Shown here: piece after piece, positions 13,884 through 29,960 of the stretch
How the letters are laid out: each line of letters starts with the position of its first letter
How positions within the stretch are numbered: position 1 is the stretch's first letter
Assembly (NCBI RefSeq): GCF_009914755.1
Contig: NC_060925.1
Length of the DNA: 64,000 nucleotides
Direction: 5' to 3' (one strand)
Source: the human T2T-CHM13v2.0 reference genome, Homo sapiens
Program-made: the position numbers and the translations under genes
The notes under the pieces: generated by a model
Told to the model about the DNA's origin: nothing
Databases searched by the model: none
Seen by the model: only the letters and a program-made list of their open reading frames with translations

Positions 13884-16245
13884 TCAAGAAACCTTAGAGG
13901 AGAAATTGACAGGGTTTTGCATATTATTGCAGAGAGACAGGAAAGCTGTCATACTTGACTTTAAGGTTTCAAACCTTGGTGATGACATTTTTGAAAAAAT
14001 AGGAAACATAGGAGGGGATGTAAATGTGAGAGGGAAGATATCGAATCCAATTTGGACGTAATGAGTGTTTTAGGTGCCAGAGCTTGTCTTTCCAGAGAAG
14101 AGCAGTGTGCAGGTGGAAACCTGTATTTAGCACTGAGAAGACGCAGGGCTAACAGCAGAGCTGTGGGCATCCTCTGCAGACAAGACCCAAAGGATAGGTG
14201 AGATTGTCAACGAAAAGAGAGAACAGGTGAGAAAAGGGCTAAGGAACAAACTTTTAGATCACATACACATAGAATGCAAAGAGGAAAGAGACAGAAGTTG
14301 CAGTCACACAGTTAAAAAGAAAACTGAGAATGTCCCAAGAAAGGAAGAAAGGGTGGAGAGTTTCTGGAAGCAAGGCCTGATCAGGCATCAAGGAGGAGAC
14401 ACAGACAAGGAAGATGGAATATGAGAACATTAGCTGTCACAATGACTTAGTCATGGATGACTTTCAGGAGAGAAATTTCATGAAGAGATTTCTCTTCATA
14501 GGAAGAGAAGTCATAAGCTGGGTGATAAGGACTTACCAAATGGCTCTAATGTATTTTAATATTGAAACAAAAGGAAAGCATTAAGCTTTCTAGGGGTTTA
14601 GCCCTAAATTGGAGGAACAGAAGATAAGAAATAGGGACTACCTCAAAGGGTGAGGAAAGTAGTACAAATTTAACTTGGTCTGCCGCGCTATTTTACCCAA
14701 CCAGAGGCCTGTTGTAATCCTGGTTTCTCTCAAGCTGTTACTTCCCATCCTCAAGTGAAGGTGGGTGGCGGTTAATGGGGAAAAACTTGATGACTAAGGT
14801 TAATTATCAGAAAGAAAAATTACAGTGTACAATTATCAGGGGGAAAAAAAGGATGACTAAGGCCATAAATCACAATCAGGCTCTTCCTACAATTCATGCT
14901 TAGGAATTAAAGGAATTTTCCCCTAAGAATGTCATCTCCACTCCACCCACTGTTCATGGCCTATTTTATCTTTTTGAATACAGTCTATCCTCATAGGAGA
15001 ATGTGAAAATTTCTTGTTTTGTATGGCCTGCCCATAGGAAAAGGCCTTGATGATAATCCTTTCACGTAAAAGTGTGTTCCTTGGCTTCTGGTGACTTTTA
15101 AAAGCTATAGAATTCTCACAAAAGCTTTGCTATCCATGTAGCAAATTCAGTGGTCAGTCTCCCTACCTTATTAGGCTTAGTTTAAAAGCCATGATAATCT
15201 GGACAATCCTAAATGAAGGTATATCTTTCCTTGGCTTTTGCTTGAATGTATATTATTGTTGTTGTTGTTGTTGTTGCATCCACATGTTGGATGCTCAGTG
15301 CTCGGTTCTACCCAAACCAATCTGATAACAAATACCACCATATTACCTGTGAGTAGAATATTATTTTTGCCCTATTCGAATACTTTTTTATTAGCCACCC
15401 ACAGCTCCTCTTCAACTACATGCAGATACCCCTTTAAGAGTGCAGCTGAGGTGTGATATCTAGCTTGCTGGAAGAGAATATAATTATGTTTTTACCTAAT
15501 AGGTAATCTCTGTGTTATCCAAGAGTTCTGTATGGGGAATATGAATTATCCATGTACCACATTAACAAAGCATTCAATTGCACTTAGCTTGTGTTCTTCT
15601 TTTCAAATATAAGTAGCTATTTTAAATGCCTACGCTTGTTCTCTCTTTCTTTTTAGTTGTAAGAATATCTCTGCCACTTACCTAATTTTTGCAAACTTTT
15701 TATTTTTGTGCATATATTTGTGTACATATACACAAACACATGCACACATACACACACATTCTAAAGCACTCAAGGAGGCACCTTCATAAACTTGCCTTGC
15801 ATGGTTGTTGGTTTATCCGTCAAAGAAATCATTACCAAGAGAATGCCGTGCTTCACATGCTTACTAAATTTTTTAAAAATGCTTTTCATTATATTTATGC
15901 AAACATAACTTGGCTAGCTCATAATTTACCAAATTTAAGCATTTGTCAGGGTTATTTCCAATCACTCAGAAAAATGTGCCTTTGTGTATTTTGATTATTT
16001 AAAGCAATATTGTTTCCATTATGCATATCTGTTGCCAGAACAGCATGACTGTCTTGACTGAATGAGGAAGTGGGAATGCTCTTAATTTTCCTACACGCAT
16101 CTGCAGAAGTACTTTTGATTGTTTAGCCAATGCACATATAATGATGTAGGCATAAATGTTTCTGCACACATTTTCCTTGGCACTTCAGAAGAGAAGGGTA
16201 ATGCAAAGGGTAATTACATATACTATTGTTTGCATTAAAATTTAC

Positions 16246-16278
<33 letters not shown>

Positions 16279-16648
16279 TATATATCCTAAATTGTAAGCT
16301 GAGGAAATGTTTAATATTTTGAAGCATAAAAATTAGGATGGACTCCTTCTATAGAAATCTCTGTTATGTGATCACATTTTATTTATATACTTCAGCTAAA
16401 CAATTTCCTTTATTTTTTGCTTTGGGCTTGTATAAGCTTTCTACCAAACTCTAAAGTTCTTAGGGATCAAATAGTGCTACTCAAACTTGCTTACCTTGCC
16501 TTGAAACACATCAACTTACTTGCTCGTTAGATGGGTCCATTATTTTCCAAGGAGACAGGAAAGGAAAACAGACAAGGTATTAGAGACCACACTTCTGAAT
16601 ATGGTCTCACCATATAACTATAGAATCAAACATTTTCTTCCTAGGTTA

Positions 16649-16903
16649 CTATAGTTCATCGAATCTAAGATGCTGTCAATGGTAAGATGTACCCTTATTT
16701 TATATTCTAAAAAGAAAAACTAAAACTCTGCCAATGAAACGATGATATACTACTGATTGAACAAGTTATCCTTATTTCAGAGAAGTCATTAGGGTGGTAT
16801 AAAAGTAATTGTGGTATTTGCCATTAAAGTACTGCAAAAGCCGAAATTACTTTTGCACCAACCTAATGGGAGACAAGATCCATTTTACAATGGATAAAAT
16901 AGG
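16649..16903. mobile_element. TcMar-Tc2 MITE (MER104-like) hosting a MADE1
   Basis: CTATAGTTCATCGAATCTAAGATGC start and degenerate inverted end ACAATGGATAAAATAGG. Confidence 0.6.
16789..16866. mobile_element. MADE1 (Hsmar1-derived MITE)
   Basis: About 78-bp quasi-palindrome TTAGGGTGGTATAAAAGTAATTG...AATTACTTTTGCACCAACCTAA. Confidence 0.85.
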
Positions 16904-17878
16904 CTTTATGGAATAATTAGAGAGCTTTAGCTCTTGGGTATAGTATGTTAACTACATCAGCCAACTGAATGGTGCTCCTTTCCTGCAAGAGACTATCTCC
17001 TCTATTCAGTGAGACTAAAAAAATGTACCATGGATTCCAAATTGCTTCTGCTGTTTCCCATGTACAGAGTTATCAAGAAGATATTTTCTCTTTTAAAAGA
17101 GATGACTTTGGCTTGAAGGAAGCAGAATAGTAGTATAAAAAGTAAACACAAAAAACAAAACAAAAAAACCTTAGTGTTTGGAGTTTATTTTTTTTTTAAT
17201 TTAAACTTTATTCTTGTTTCTGTGAGTCCTTAGGCTATGGGTTGACCTAGCTGACACTTGATTTCCCTACTCACTGTTTCCTCAGTTCCCAGTTTTTCTG
17301 CCCATCCATCTCTCTTCTCCACACTATTAAGAGGCATTTGAAATTTTGAGGTGGGTACTAAGTATGCCTTAAAATATCATTATAAAACAATATTAAAAAA
17401 TGGTCAACCAAGCTTTAAAAAAATTTTCGAAACATGTTAAAAACTATCCTATTCCAAACAAATTCTTGTAAAATGTATACATTAATAATGAAAGAAGTAA
17501 AGTCAATTGTTTGGCTATCAGAGAAGGGACTTATAGAGAAATAACTGTTTCCCCGTCCCCCTCACCAACTCAACTTGATTTAATTAGTTGATTAATCATG
17601 GCTGAACAACTAATCACCTGTGGTGTGTCTCCTTATCTGTTTTGGAAATAGGCGTTACAAGGCAAGAAACAAAGCTAGGGGGAAATATTAAATTGCAATT
17701 TAATTTATTTATCACATATTGCATATCAAGATATTTTCTAACGTGTCAGATTCTTCTGGCATTATAGGCAATATTCACTTACTCATCACTCATCCATCTG
17801 TTAAATAAACCCATATGAAGCACCTCACGAGTCTCAGGTACTCTGGACAGAAAGATGAACAGTGCTGCCTTTCTATAG

Positions 17879-19468
<1,590 letters not shown>

Positions 19469-20089
19469 TAGAGATTCAAAGGTTAAGGGAGAAGATAGAT
19501 TAATGAACATGAATTTTCAGTGGTTTGTAATAAGTACAATGATAGAGGAAAGCAAAAAAATATTTTCAGAGCACTCTAAAGGAGAATATATCTGAGTGTG
19601 ATCCTGAAGGACACCCAAGTGTCCGCCAAGTAGAGAAGGAAGTCTTTGGCTAATCGAATCCTGTGCCTGGGACTATGATTTCTGTTTTCATTTTACCAAT
19701 GCTTTGTAAAGTGTAAAGACATCTCAACCATATGGTTTCTATATGGCAACTGGATTAAAAAAATATATGCCCAGTCAAGTAAGGCCATTAATAGACAATT
19801 ACCACTAAAGGTTGAGTTACTATGGGAATTTGGAAGGAAGGACCTGGATGGTTGCATGAGATTCCATGTTGTATTGCATAGACATTTGTATGTGGTAAGC
19901 CAGATGTCATCTTTCAAGTACTTTTGGGCTCTGAGTCCCAATAGAAATAAATTCAAATCGGTCTTCATCGATGTAACCTGACATGATGTCATTGAACTAT
20001 TTTAACTAACACTGAAAAAAGGTGAAATTATTGACATGGATTGAATTCCTAACATATGACTTGGTGACCTTACAGATATGATTACATTT

Positions 20090-20250
20090 AATTATCAAAC
20101 AATTTAATGGGTATCATAATATCCCCATATTTAAGACCGAGACACTGAGGATCAGAGACATTAAGTAATATGCCAAAGGTTACAAAAGCACACAGTGTGC
20201 AGAACTGGCTTCTAAGCCAGCTGTGTCTAACTGGGAAATCCCTGTTCTTT
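20090..20250 (-). mobile_element. MIR
   Basis: ATCCCCATATTT..GACACTGAGGATCAGAGACATTAAGTAATATGCCAAAGGTTACA. Confidence 0.7.
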
Positions 20251-20302
20251 CTCCAACTGGGATATATATAACTAGGAACAGGCAGAGTTATATTAGGTGT
20301 AA

Positions 20303-20678
<376 letters not shown>

Positions 20679-21456
20679 TAATATTTTTTAAATTAAAAAA
20701 CCCCGATATATAATGAAATGGAATGAAAATCATTTGAAGATGGAGACTTCCAAGGCATTCCATCTTGAGAGGGAAGGACCTAGGATCTTCCTGGAGCATC
20801 CAAGAGTCAGAGTTCATAGTCCTCTGCATTGAGGGAACTTTTGAGATACACTCTGAGACGTGCATTTTTATGTCAGACAAACCAGTGTGTTTTGCCCAGT
20901 AACTAGACCAAATGCTGTTCAGTTAGTATGCCAAGCAGTCTAAAATTGCTCCTAATTCCTGATTGTTGTGGGTATAATACACATTTCTAAGCATGTTTCA
21001 CAGATGTGACATCAGCATGTACCAGAAGAGGTAAGGTTAGAAGGGAAGAAACGATTAACTCTAATATTTACCAACAGCCACTAATGGCCAATGATAGTGA
21101 TGATGATGAGAATGAGTGTGATGAAAATGATATTTTTTGAGTATCGACCATGTGCTGAGCACTCTGCATAAATTCATCATCTTAAGTAAACTGCACAGCA
21201 ATCTTGTAAGTTGATCTTATTGTCCCCATTTGTGTATGTACCCAGACATAATACTATGCATTTGTGTTATCTTAACAAGTCTGTGAGCTATTATTATCCA
21301 TATGCTGCTGATGAAAAATTGGTCTCAGAGTGGATAAGTAATCGCCCAAGTTTATACAGTAAGTAAATGATGGAAATATGCAAAGACCCTGAGGGGCTTG
21401 TCTCAAAAGCCCTAGATCATTCCATGCCATGCTGCCTTGATATTAGGTAGAGATAC

Positions 21457-21821
21457 TGTATTAATCTGTTCTCACACTGCTAATAAAGACATACCGGAGA
21501 CTGGGGAATTTATAAAGAAAAAAAGGTTTAATGGTCTCACAGTTCCACATGGCTGGGGAGGCCTCACAATCATGGCAGAAGGTGAAGGAGGAGAAAAAGC
21601 GTTTCTTACATGGCAGCAGGCAAGAGGGTGTGTGCAGGGGAACTGCCCTTTATAAAACCATCAGATCTCATGAGACTTATTCACTATCACGAGAACAGCA
21701 TGTTATAAGCCTCCTCTGATGATTCCATTACCTCCCACCAGGTCCCTCCCATGACATGTGGGGATTATGGGAGCTACAATTCAAGATGAGATTTGGGTGG
21801 AAACACAGCCAAACCATATCA
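21457..21821 (-). mobile_element. THE1/MST (ERVL-MaLR) solo LTR
   Basis: TG...CA termini, AAAGACATACC.GAGACTGGG, CCAAACCATATCA end, 5-bp TSD GATAC. Confidence 0.92.
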
Positions 21822-23804
21822 GATACCTATATAAGTTATCATTTAAATTTGGATACTTTTGAAAGTAAAAGTGGATACTATTAATAATTGTGCCAGAGCA
21901 AGAGATATAAATTAAGATTGCCTCAGAAAATAAGGAATAAATTGTTACCTCACTATTAGGCAAAGATAGAGGCTGAGTGGTATCAAACTTCTTAAAAATA
22001 CATGCATCAAGGTATTTCTTTATTTTAAAATACTGACTAATCATTTCACCTCAAGCAATCTTTTATAGTATGGGGCAGGGCAGGGAGAAGGCATATATGT
22101 ATGCTTAATACTCAAGAAATAATTTTTACCTAGCAATTTATAGAGTAAAAAACATGCATCATTTTTGATACATTTTTATACACAATATAATAGAAGTCAG
22201 GCACAAAACTCTAAAGGGGATAAAGAAGATTTAGAAAACCCTGATTCAGTATTAGAAATTAATGAATGTGGTACTTACTATGTGCTGAAATATTATAACT
22301 TACTGATCAAGGGGAGAGAATTTTGAGAAGTGTGCTACATACTTGAATAGCTCCTATTTCAGAAATAATCCTGTAACAATAACTTGAGACAGTTTTATAT
22401 AATTGTGGCAGGTAGTCACTCCACATTGATTCAAGTACAGGTTTGGGTATGTTTTGTTTTTTTTTTTCCTTTTCTTTTGTAGTTGCTTCTACTCAATGTA
22501 TCATAGGTGTAAGTCCTTAATTTCTTTCCAGTAAAAGAAGAATAGCTTATAATTTCTTTTGTTTCTTTTTCTTTGATGCAAGAGTTCTCTCCTCCCAGTT
22601 TTTAACCTGCTTTGTTCAGACATTTTTTCTGCTCTAATTTTTTCTTTTTTACTCCTCAGTAGATTTACATAAAGTTAAGTGACTTAAGCTGTTTGTGACA
22701 TTATTTTTGGATTTTACTGCTTCTTGCTTTGGCTGCTCCTGATCATATCCAGATTTATTTTCTAGAGGAAGCTAATTTAGTAAATTTTTTTTTTTTTTGG
22801 TAAAATAAGTACTATAAGCTTTCAACCAAACAGGCCACTCAAATGTACAGAAGAAAAAGCCACATTTATTCACAAACAGATGGGTTTTTCTTTTTTCCTT
22901 TTTTTAATTCTAAAGAGACATATATATATATATTCTTGAGTAAAACAATATGTACTAGCTTTGAACAAACATTTTATGCAGACATTAGGTCTAAACAGGA
23001 GAAAAAGCACCAGCTCAAATAGTATAATTTACCACTGTGAGATTTTTCTGTTAGTGTGTATGTGCATCTTGTAAATTCTTGTGCTTAAAGTTGCCTTTCA
23101 ACCTTTTAAAATCATCCTTATGAATCTTTTCAGTTGGCTGGACATAAGAAAAGGAGGCTTTTCTCATGAATGAATATGAGAGTTATTATGTTAAGCGTGG
23201 AGTAAGAGTGTGCTGAGCACTTAATGCGACATGACGTGCCTGGTACTCCCCACAAGCTTACCTTCAAAAGGATGAAACAGAGACAAATATAGCTCTGCAT
23301 ACATGTCAAATGGCCAAGTGCTGAGGGGGAAATATCTCTTATCCCCCTGCTTTTTTTCCATTGTCTCTTCATGAGACCAAGGTCACAGAACCTAATGAGG
23401 AACAGAAGTCAAAAGAAGTAGAGTTCTTAGGTCTCCTGTACAGTACCTGGATTATAATTAATAGCTGAGGTTTTGAGGCCAACCAGATCAAGAAAGGTAA
23501 GATGTTCTGTTCCCACAGGCATTTTTGAGCTTGGCAATGCTAAAGTTAGGGATGGTTTGCCTCTTCAAAGCCCCACAGCATCGTAATTGCTCAAGGTACT
23601 GAAATATATGATACCATTTCATATGAAAATGGGGCAAGGGCAGAGAGAAGAAAGACTCAAGTGATAGAGAAGAAAGAAAGGCATTTTACTATTATATTTT
23701 TATACTAATGACCTTCACTTGGTCTCTAACACAGTCCGTCAAATCTTAAAAGTTTATTTCTAGCCTTAAAGAAAGTAGCTTGAACAGTTCATATTTCTGG
23801 ATAT

Positions 23805-24060
23805 GGCAGGCAGTGTGGTAAAGGAAAAAGCAAAGTCCCTGCAGGCAGAGAGATGTGTGCTTGATCAGTTCTGCTATAGAATTTGCATGACCTTAAGCAG
23901 CTTCCTTAGATTACTCGAGCTCTATTTTGTTATCTGTAAAATGGTTACAATAATACTTACTCCCCGGTGTTATTCTGAGTACTAAATGAGTTCTTATACC
24001 CAAAGCATCTAGTACAGGGCCTGCACGAGTTTGTGTTCTTTCATTGAGTATTGCTGTTGT
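23805..24060 (+). mobile_element. MIR
   Basis: GGCAGTGTGGTAAAGG..TGACCTTAAGCAG..ATCTGTAAAATGG. Confidence 0.7.
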
Positions 24061-25605
24061 CATTAAAAATATAATTTTATTCTCAGAAATTACATTTTAT
24101 TACTGCCATAACCTTATAGACCAACAACAAACTGAGTAATCTCTACCTTCTCTTCCCTGTGTGGCTGGCACTTTTGGAGAAAAATCTCTTAAAAGGAAAT
24201 TAAAGCAGTGCAACCATCTGTGATTTGTCAGGGTCATATAAAAGAGCTATACACCACCACCACCATCAACAACAAAATCAGTATCTAAGAACTAGATTAA
24301 TCCAGGTTTGAAACCACCAAAAGGAGCATAAAAGGGTAAAGCAAAAATCAATATATATTCTGAAAAGTATGGACAGAAGGTAAATTACAGTTTGTGTGTG
24401 TGTGTTTTGTGGTAATAAGGAAGATTAAAGTAATATTTAAAGTGGTTAAGAAATCTGGACATGGGCTCAAATGCAACTCCACTATATTCCATTTGATCTT
24501 CAAAGAAATAAAGTGCTGTTTAGTTTTTGATCTTCAGTCTTCTCATCCAAAAATGGGAATAATAACAGACTTATTTCATAAGATTGTCATGAGGCTTATA
24601 TGGGATACTGCATGTTAAACAATCACTAAAATCCTGCATTAAGGATGAAATCTTGTTATTAGCATACATGAGCCTTTTGCCTCTATTTAGCATCGGTTGG
24701 TCATGTTGTCTCCATTTTCTCTTCTGGCTGTTTCTCTAAATTATCAGGACTTCCCAAAGCAAAGGCTTGGGAATGTCTGCTTCTGGAACATTTGAATGCA
24801 CTTGAGAGCTCCCTGAGAATGAAGCATTCTAGAGTGTAAAAGTCATGAACCAGTTATATATGATTCTCCGGGTAAGTCCACAGGAACCCAGCCTGGGCTT
24901 CTCTCCTTTGGAAAGAGGCACAGCATGGCTCCCAAAAGGCCAACTACAAGTCAAAGGCTATGCATCATCATGCTTTGACTTTTCACCATCAAAATTCATC
25001 TATCAGTGAGACACAGATCATATGACTAATCTTGTTTGATTTGGCAATGAAGTGAAATGTCAATAGGCTTCCTATTTTGAGTGAAATTATTAAATATACC
25101 AAAGGGAATATTACATGTGTGTTAGTCATCCCAGAATAAAGATGAGCATACATCCCTGAAAACTTCAACTCCATTAATGGGATAATGGATCACCAGAATA
25201 TTTTATATTTCAAATACATACTTTGTTCACATTCTTGCTTCACTTGGAGAATTGTGTCACTGTTGCCTAAGTCTTGGGTTTCCTTTACTCCATGCCTGGA
25301 TTCTCCATTGACACTAATGGGAATTTCACCTTCCAGCACAAGACAATATATGGAACTAAAATGACAATAGCAGAAGGAAAATAATACATTTTGTACATTG
25401 TGCTACAGAATATTTTCTTGACTGTTTCTGTTATAGTCATTGACTATTGCTAAGAAAGATCCATTTGGAAACCCAAAAACATATTGTCTCTAGAGGCTAG
25501 TCTTTTGAAAACATACTTTTACCCTTACATGTCATCACAAATTACATAAAATAATAATTATAGATCAATCTACATAGTTTTAATTTTGTGGTTGGTTAAT
25601 TATAA

Positions 25606-25913
<308 letters not shown>

Positions 25914-27774
25914 TTTTGGGAGAAAAGATTGTCCATATTTTCTTAAGGAAACATAATGCAAAATCTGCCAGTTACTGAAATTAAAAGTATGATGATCTGT
26001 TTGTAGTTCATGTTCACACATTAGCAATAACCTGTAGAGCTATGAGTTGTTAGAATGTAGCATTAAAAAAAAAAAATCCTCTGTGAAAGAAGAACAGATA
26101 CAAAGCCCATTTATATGAGTGACCACATGTCAAAAATGTAGTAAAGTGGTTTGCAGACTGTCCTGTTCATTATTTTGCTGACTTGGAAACCTTAAAGTGT
26201 TTTGTATCCTTTTCATTATCTACAAAAGTATAAATTGTAATGGAATTTACATAAAAATCCTGCTGGAGAGTGGAGACTTTACTGCATAGTCAGCTTCGCC
26301 TTCTAATCCAATCTTCCCCAAAGCAGTTGGTATGACAGTTGCCAAACTCAAACAGCAGGATCTCTTTTGTAAAGAAAAGTATGAATTTGAGCTATAAAAT
26401 GAACAGAATATTTTTCTATTACTCTGGATGTTTCCTCTTGCTGAGTTTACATGAGAAGTCTAGCAGGAGGTGTTATTAAACAGCCTCAGAAATTAGCCCC
26501 AAAACAATTATCTTGGTTTAGCTATGGAAAAAGACACCAGAGGCTTAATGAAAAGAGCATTTGAATTTTTGTGATTGAATATCTGTTGGACACCTCTGTA
26601 GTTATTAACCCTTATGGACAGGATTTCAGATTTTTTATTATTTTTAATTGAATTGGTTTTGGAAAACTGCAGATTAAAAACACTTTTCTCCCCTGGGTTA
26701 GTCAGAGATCCCAGAGCAAACTGTGTAATAATGGGTTCTTTAAAAGTTTGGTTTAAACCTTGCCTCATGGCAAGGAATATACCCTTTTTCAACATAAATT
26801 AGAGTTCTCATATTACAATAGATTTATAGAACTACTACGTAAGAAAGAATATCTCTAGTCATATAGGCCACCATCCGTTCCTCACAATCATTATCTGCCA
26901 ATACCCATGGCTTTCTTTGTGTTTAGTAGTAAATTTGCTATGAATTAAAGCTTCCTACAGACTCCTTAAGACAATATTCCTAAAGTTACTATATTTTTCA
27001 GTTTTTTATCTTCGTCTACACATAGCCAGAACATCAGGTTTCTCAATCCTGCTTCTTTCTCTGTGTTCCTTTACAATCCCAAGTAATTTCTCTGTCATCA
27101 TAGTATTTGCTATTTTTAAATATTTGTTGGCTGTTATCATGTCAAATCTTAAGTTACTTAGCCAGTTGCTTTAATCTTTTCTCCCAAGCCCCCTTCCCAA
27201 CCTCACCTCCCCAGTCACTTCATCATTTTTTTTTCTTTTCTCTTTACTCTCTCCAGTCTTCCACATATTTCTGGAATTGAGTTTATCCAAACTGAATGCA
27301 CTTTTCCAGGTGCATCATATATCATCCCTTAGGTCTGGGATATGATGGTTCTTTGTATACAGCCCAATGCTAGTGGAATTTGTCTTTTTTTGTGATCACT
27401 GTCAGCATGTTGACTCAGAGCGTTTTTTGAACATCTCCTGCTGATTCCTGAGGGGGCCTTTCTGCAAGTGGGCTATCCTCTACCTGGTAGTCTATTTTTA
27501 AAATGTGATATGGGAGAAAACATGATTTTGTGGACTGTGTTAGAAAACATGTCCAGGTACCACATTCCACCCCCTGCCATTTTTAGAAACAAATCTATTT
27601 TATTGGCATTTTTATTTTTGTTTTACTATATTTTATTATGAAAATGTAATGGTAGCATATGCAGACAAATTGCTGCTGAGGTTGCCAGAGTGAAAATGGA
27701 GATTCTTCTAGTCGTATTACAGACATTTTAAAAAAAGTAGTTGAAAAGGTCAGCACTGAAATTAAAAGCATTCC

Positions 27775-28074
27775 TTTTTTTCTTTTCTTTTTTTTTTTTT
27801 TTTGAGACGTAATCTTGCTCTGTCACCCTGGCTAGAGTGCAGTGGCATGATCTTAGCTTACTACAACCTCTGCCTCCCAGGTTCAAGTGATTCTCCAGCC
27901 TCCCGAGTAGCTGGATTACAGGCCACTACGCCTGGCTAATTTTTGTATTTTTAGTAGTGACGGGGTTTCACCATGTTGCTCAGGCTGGTCTCAAACTCCT
28001 GAGCTCAAAGTGATCCGCCTGCCTCGGCCTCCCAAAGTGCTGAGATTAACAGGCATGAGTCACTGCGCCCGGCC
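27775..28074 (-). mobile_element. AluS
   Basis: Antisense dimer, TSD AAAGCATTC. Confidence 0.93.
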
Positions 28075-28637
28075 AAAGCATTCTTTATTTAATGTTAACA
28101 AGTGAGGTCTGTATATTTTCTTCACCTGTTCGTTTTTTTAAACTGTTTCTTCCGACCATCAAACTAGTTCACAGGAGGTACAAAACTGAGGGTGAGAAGC
28201 AAGAGAAAAGAGATATAAAATTAAATATGAAACTACAAAATTTTAGTAACACAAATTTCAGTTATACAAATTTTTTCTATATCATCATAAGGAAGTACTA
28301 CTCAATATAAAAAGGCTATTGCAGCTATTAGATGGAAGTAGGCTACACCAAAATCAACCACAAGTCACTTTAAGCAGTGTAAGAAAATATTATATAACAC
28401 CTATATATCAATAAAGCAAAACTGGATAACTTGTGAGTCTGATGAATTGGGGAAAAATCCTCACTTATATATTAACATATATTTATGTTTATATATTATA
28501 CTATATATGTTTTATATATTAACATAAATAAATAAATATTCATGGGTTCTAAGGGGCTATCAATTATGTAAACCTACTCCCACTAATTTAATAACAGCTT
28601 TTCAGAAAATAAACTATATAAAATTTAAACAATTTCC

Positions 28638-28774
28638 TTTTTTTTTTTTTTTTTAATAGAGCCGGGGTCTTGCTATGTTGCCTGGACTGGTCTCGATCTC
28701 CTAGACACAAGCGATCCTCCTGCGTCAGCCTCCCAAAGTGCTGGGATTACGGGTGTGAGCCACCGCACCCCGCC
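28638..28774 (-). mobile_element. FLAM (free left Alu monomer)
   Basis: Single monomer with poly(T), TSD ATTTAAACAATTT. Confidence 0.88.
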
Positions 28775-29076
28775 AGATTTAAACAATTTATTTTTGCTAA
28801 ATGGTAACGGCATACATTTATCTGTATAATTGCATGTCACTCTCATCTCTGAATTACAATCAAAATTTAACTCAAAACCTCTTTTAATATACTTGGAGTC
28901 ACTTTTGAGGCTTTATGATGGTATCAAAGAGATAACCACACTGCTTTTAGTTCATTCACTTTCAATTATGTATCTCAGTTAATACTACTTTAGTTATATA
29001 TCCAAACAACCGACCCAAATTGATCTTGAACACCAAAGAAATTTATTGGCTTTTGTAAGTTAAAAATCTGCAGGTA

Positions 29077-29213
29077 GGCCGGGCATAGTGGCTCACGCTT
29101 GTAATCACAGCAATTTGGGAGGCTGAGATGGAACGATCTCTTGAGCCCAGGAGTTCAGGACCAGCCTAGGCAACATGGCAAACCCCAGTTTCTACCAAAA
29201 AAATACAAAAATT
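29077..29213 (+). mobile_element. AluJ left arm (split by ST13 retrocopy)
   Basis: GGCCGGGCATAGTGG...CTTGAGCCCAGGAGTTC...CTACCAAAAAAATACAAAAATT. Confidence 0.9.
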
Positions 29214-29612
29214 GCTTCTGTGCGGTCACGCCAAGCCAGCGCCTGGGCCTGGAACCGGGCTGCAGCTCTTCAGCTTCGCCCACTGCTTCCTGACCATGGA
29301 CCCCCCGCAAAGTGAACGAGCAGGCCCTTGTGAAAATGTGTAAGCAGGATCCGAGCATTCTGCACACCGAGGAAATGTGCTTCCTGAGGGAGTGGGTGGG
29401 AGCAGGCGGTAAAGTACCACCTGCTACTCAGAAAGCTAAATCTGAAGAAAATACCAAGGGGAAAAAAAAAACCTGATAGTAAGAAGGTGGAGGAAAACTT
29501 AAAGGCAGACAAACCATCAAGTGAGGAAAGTGATCTAGAAGTTGATAATGAATGGGTGATTGAACCAGACACTGATGCCCTTTAAGAAATAGGAGATGAA
29601 AATGCAGAGATA

Positions 29613-29960
<348 letters not shown>

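Noticed and set aside
23134-23496. Possible exon (TTTTTCAG acceptor at 23133, AAG|GTAAGA donor at 23496/23497)
   Set aside because: The donor is good but the pairing is arbitrary; such sites are expected by chance in 64 kb.
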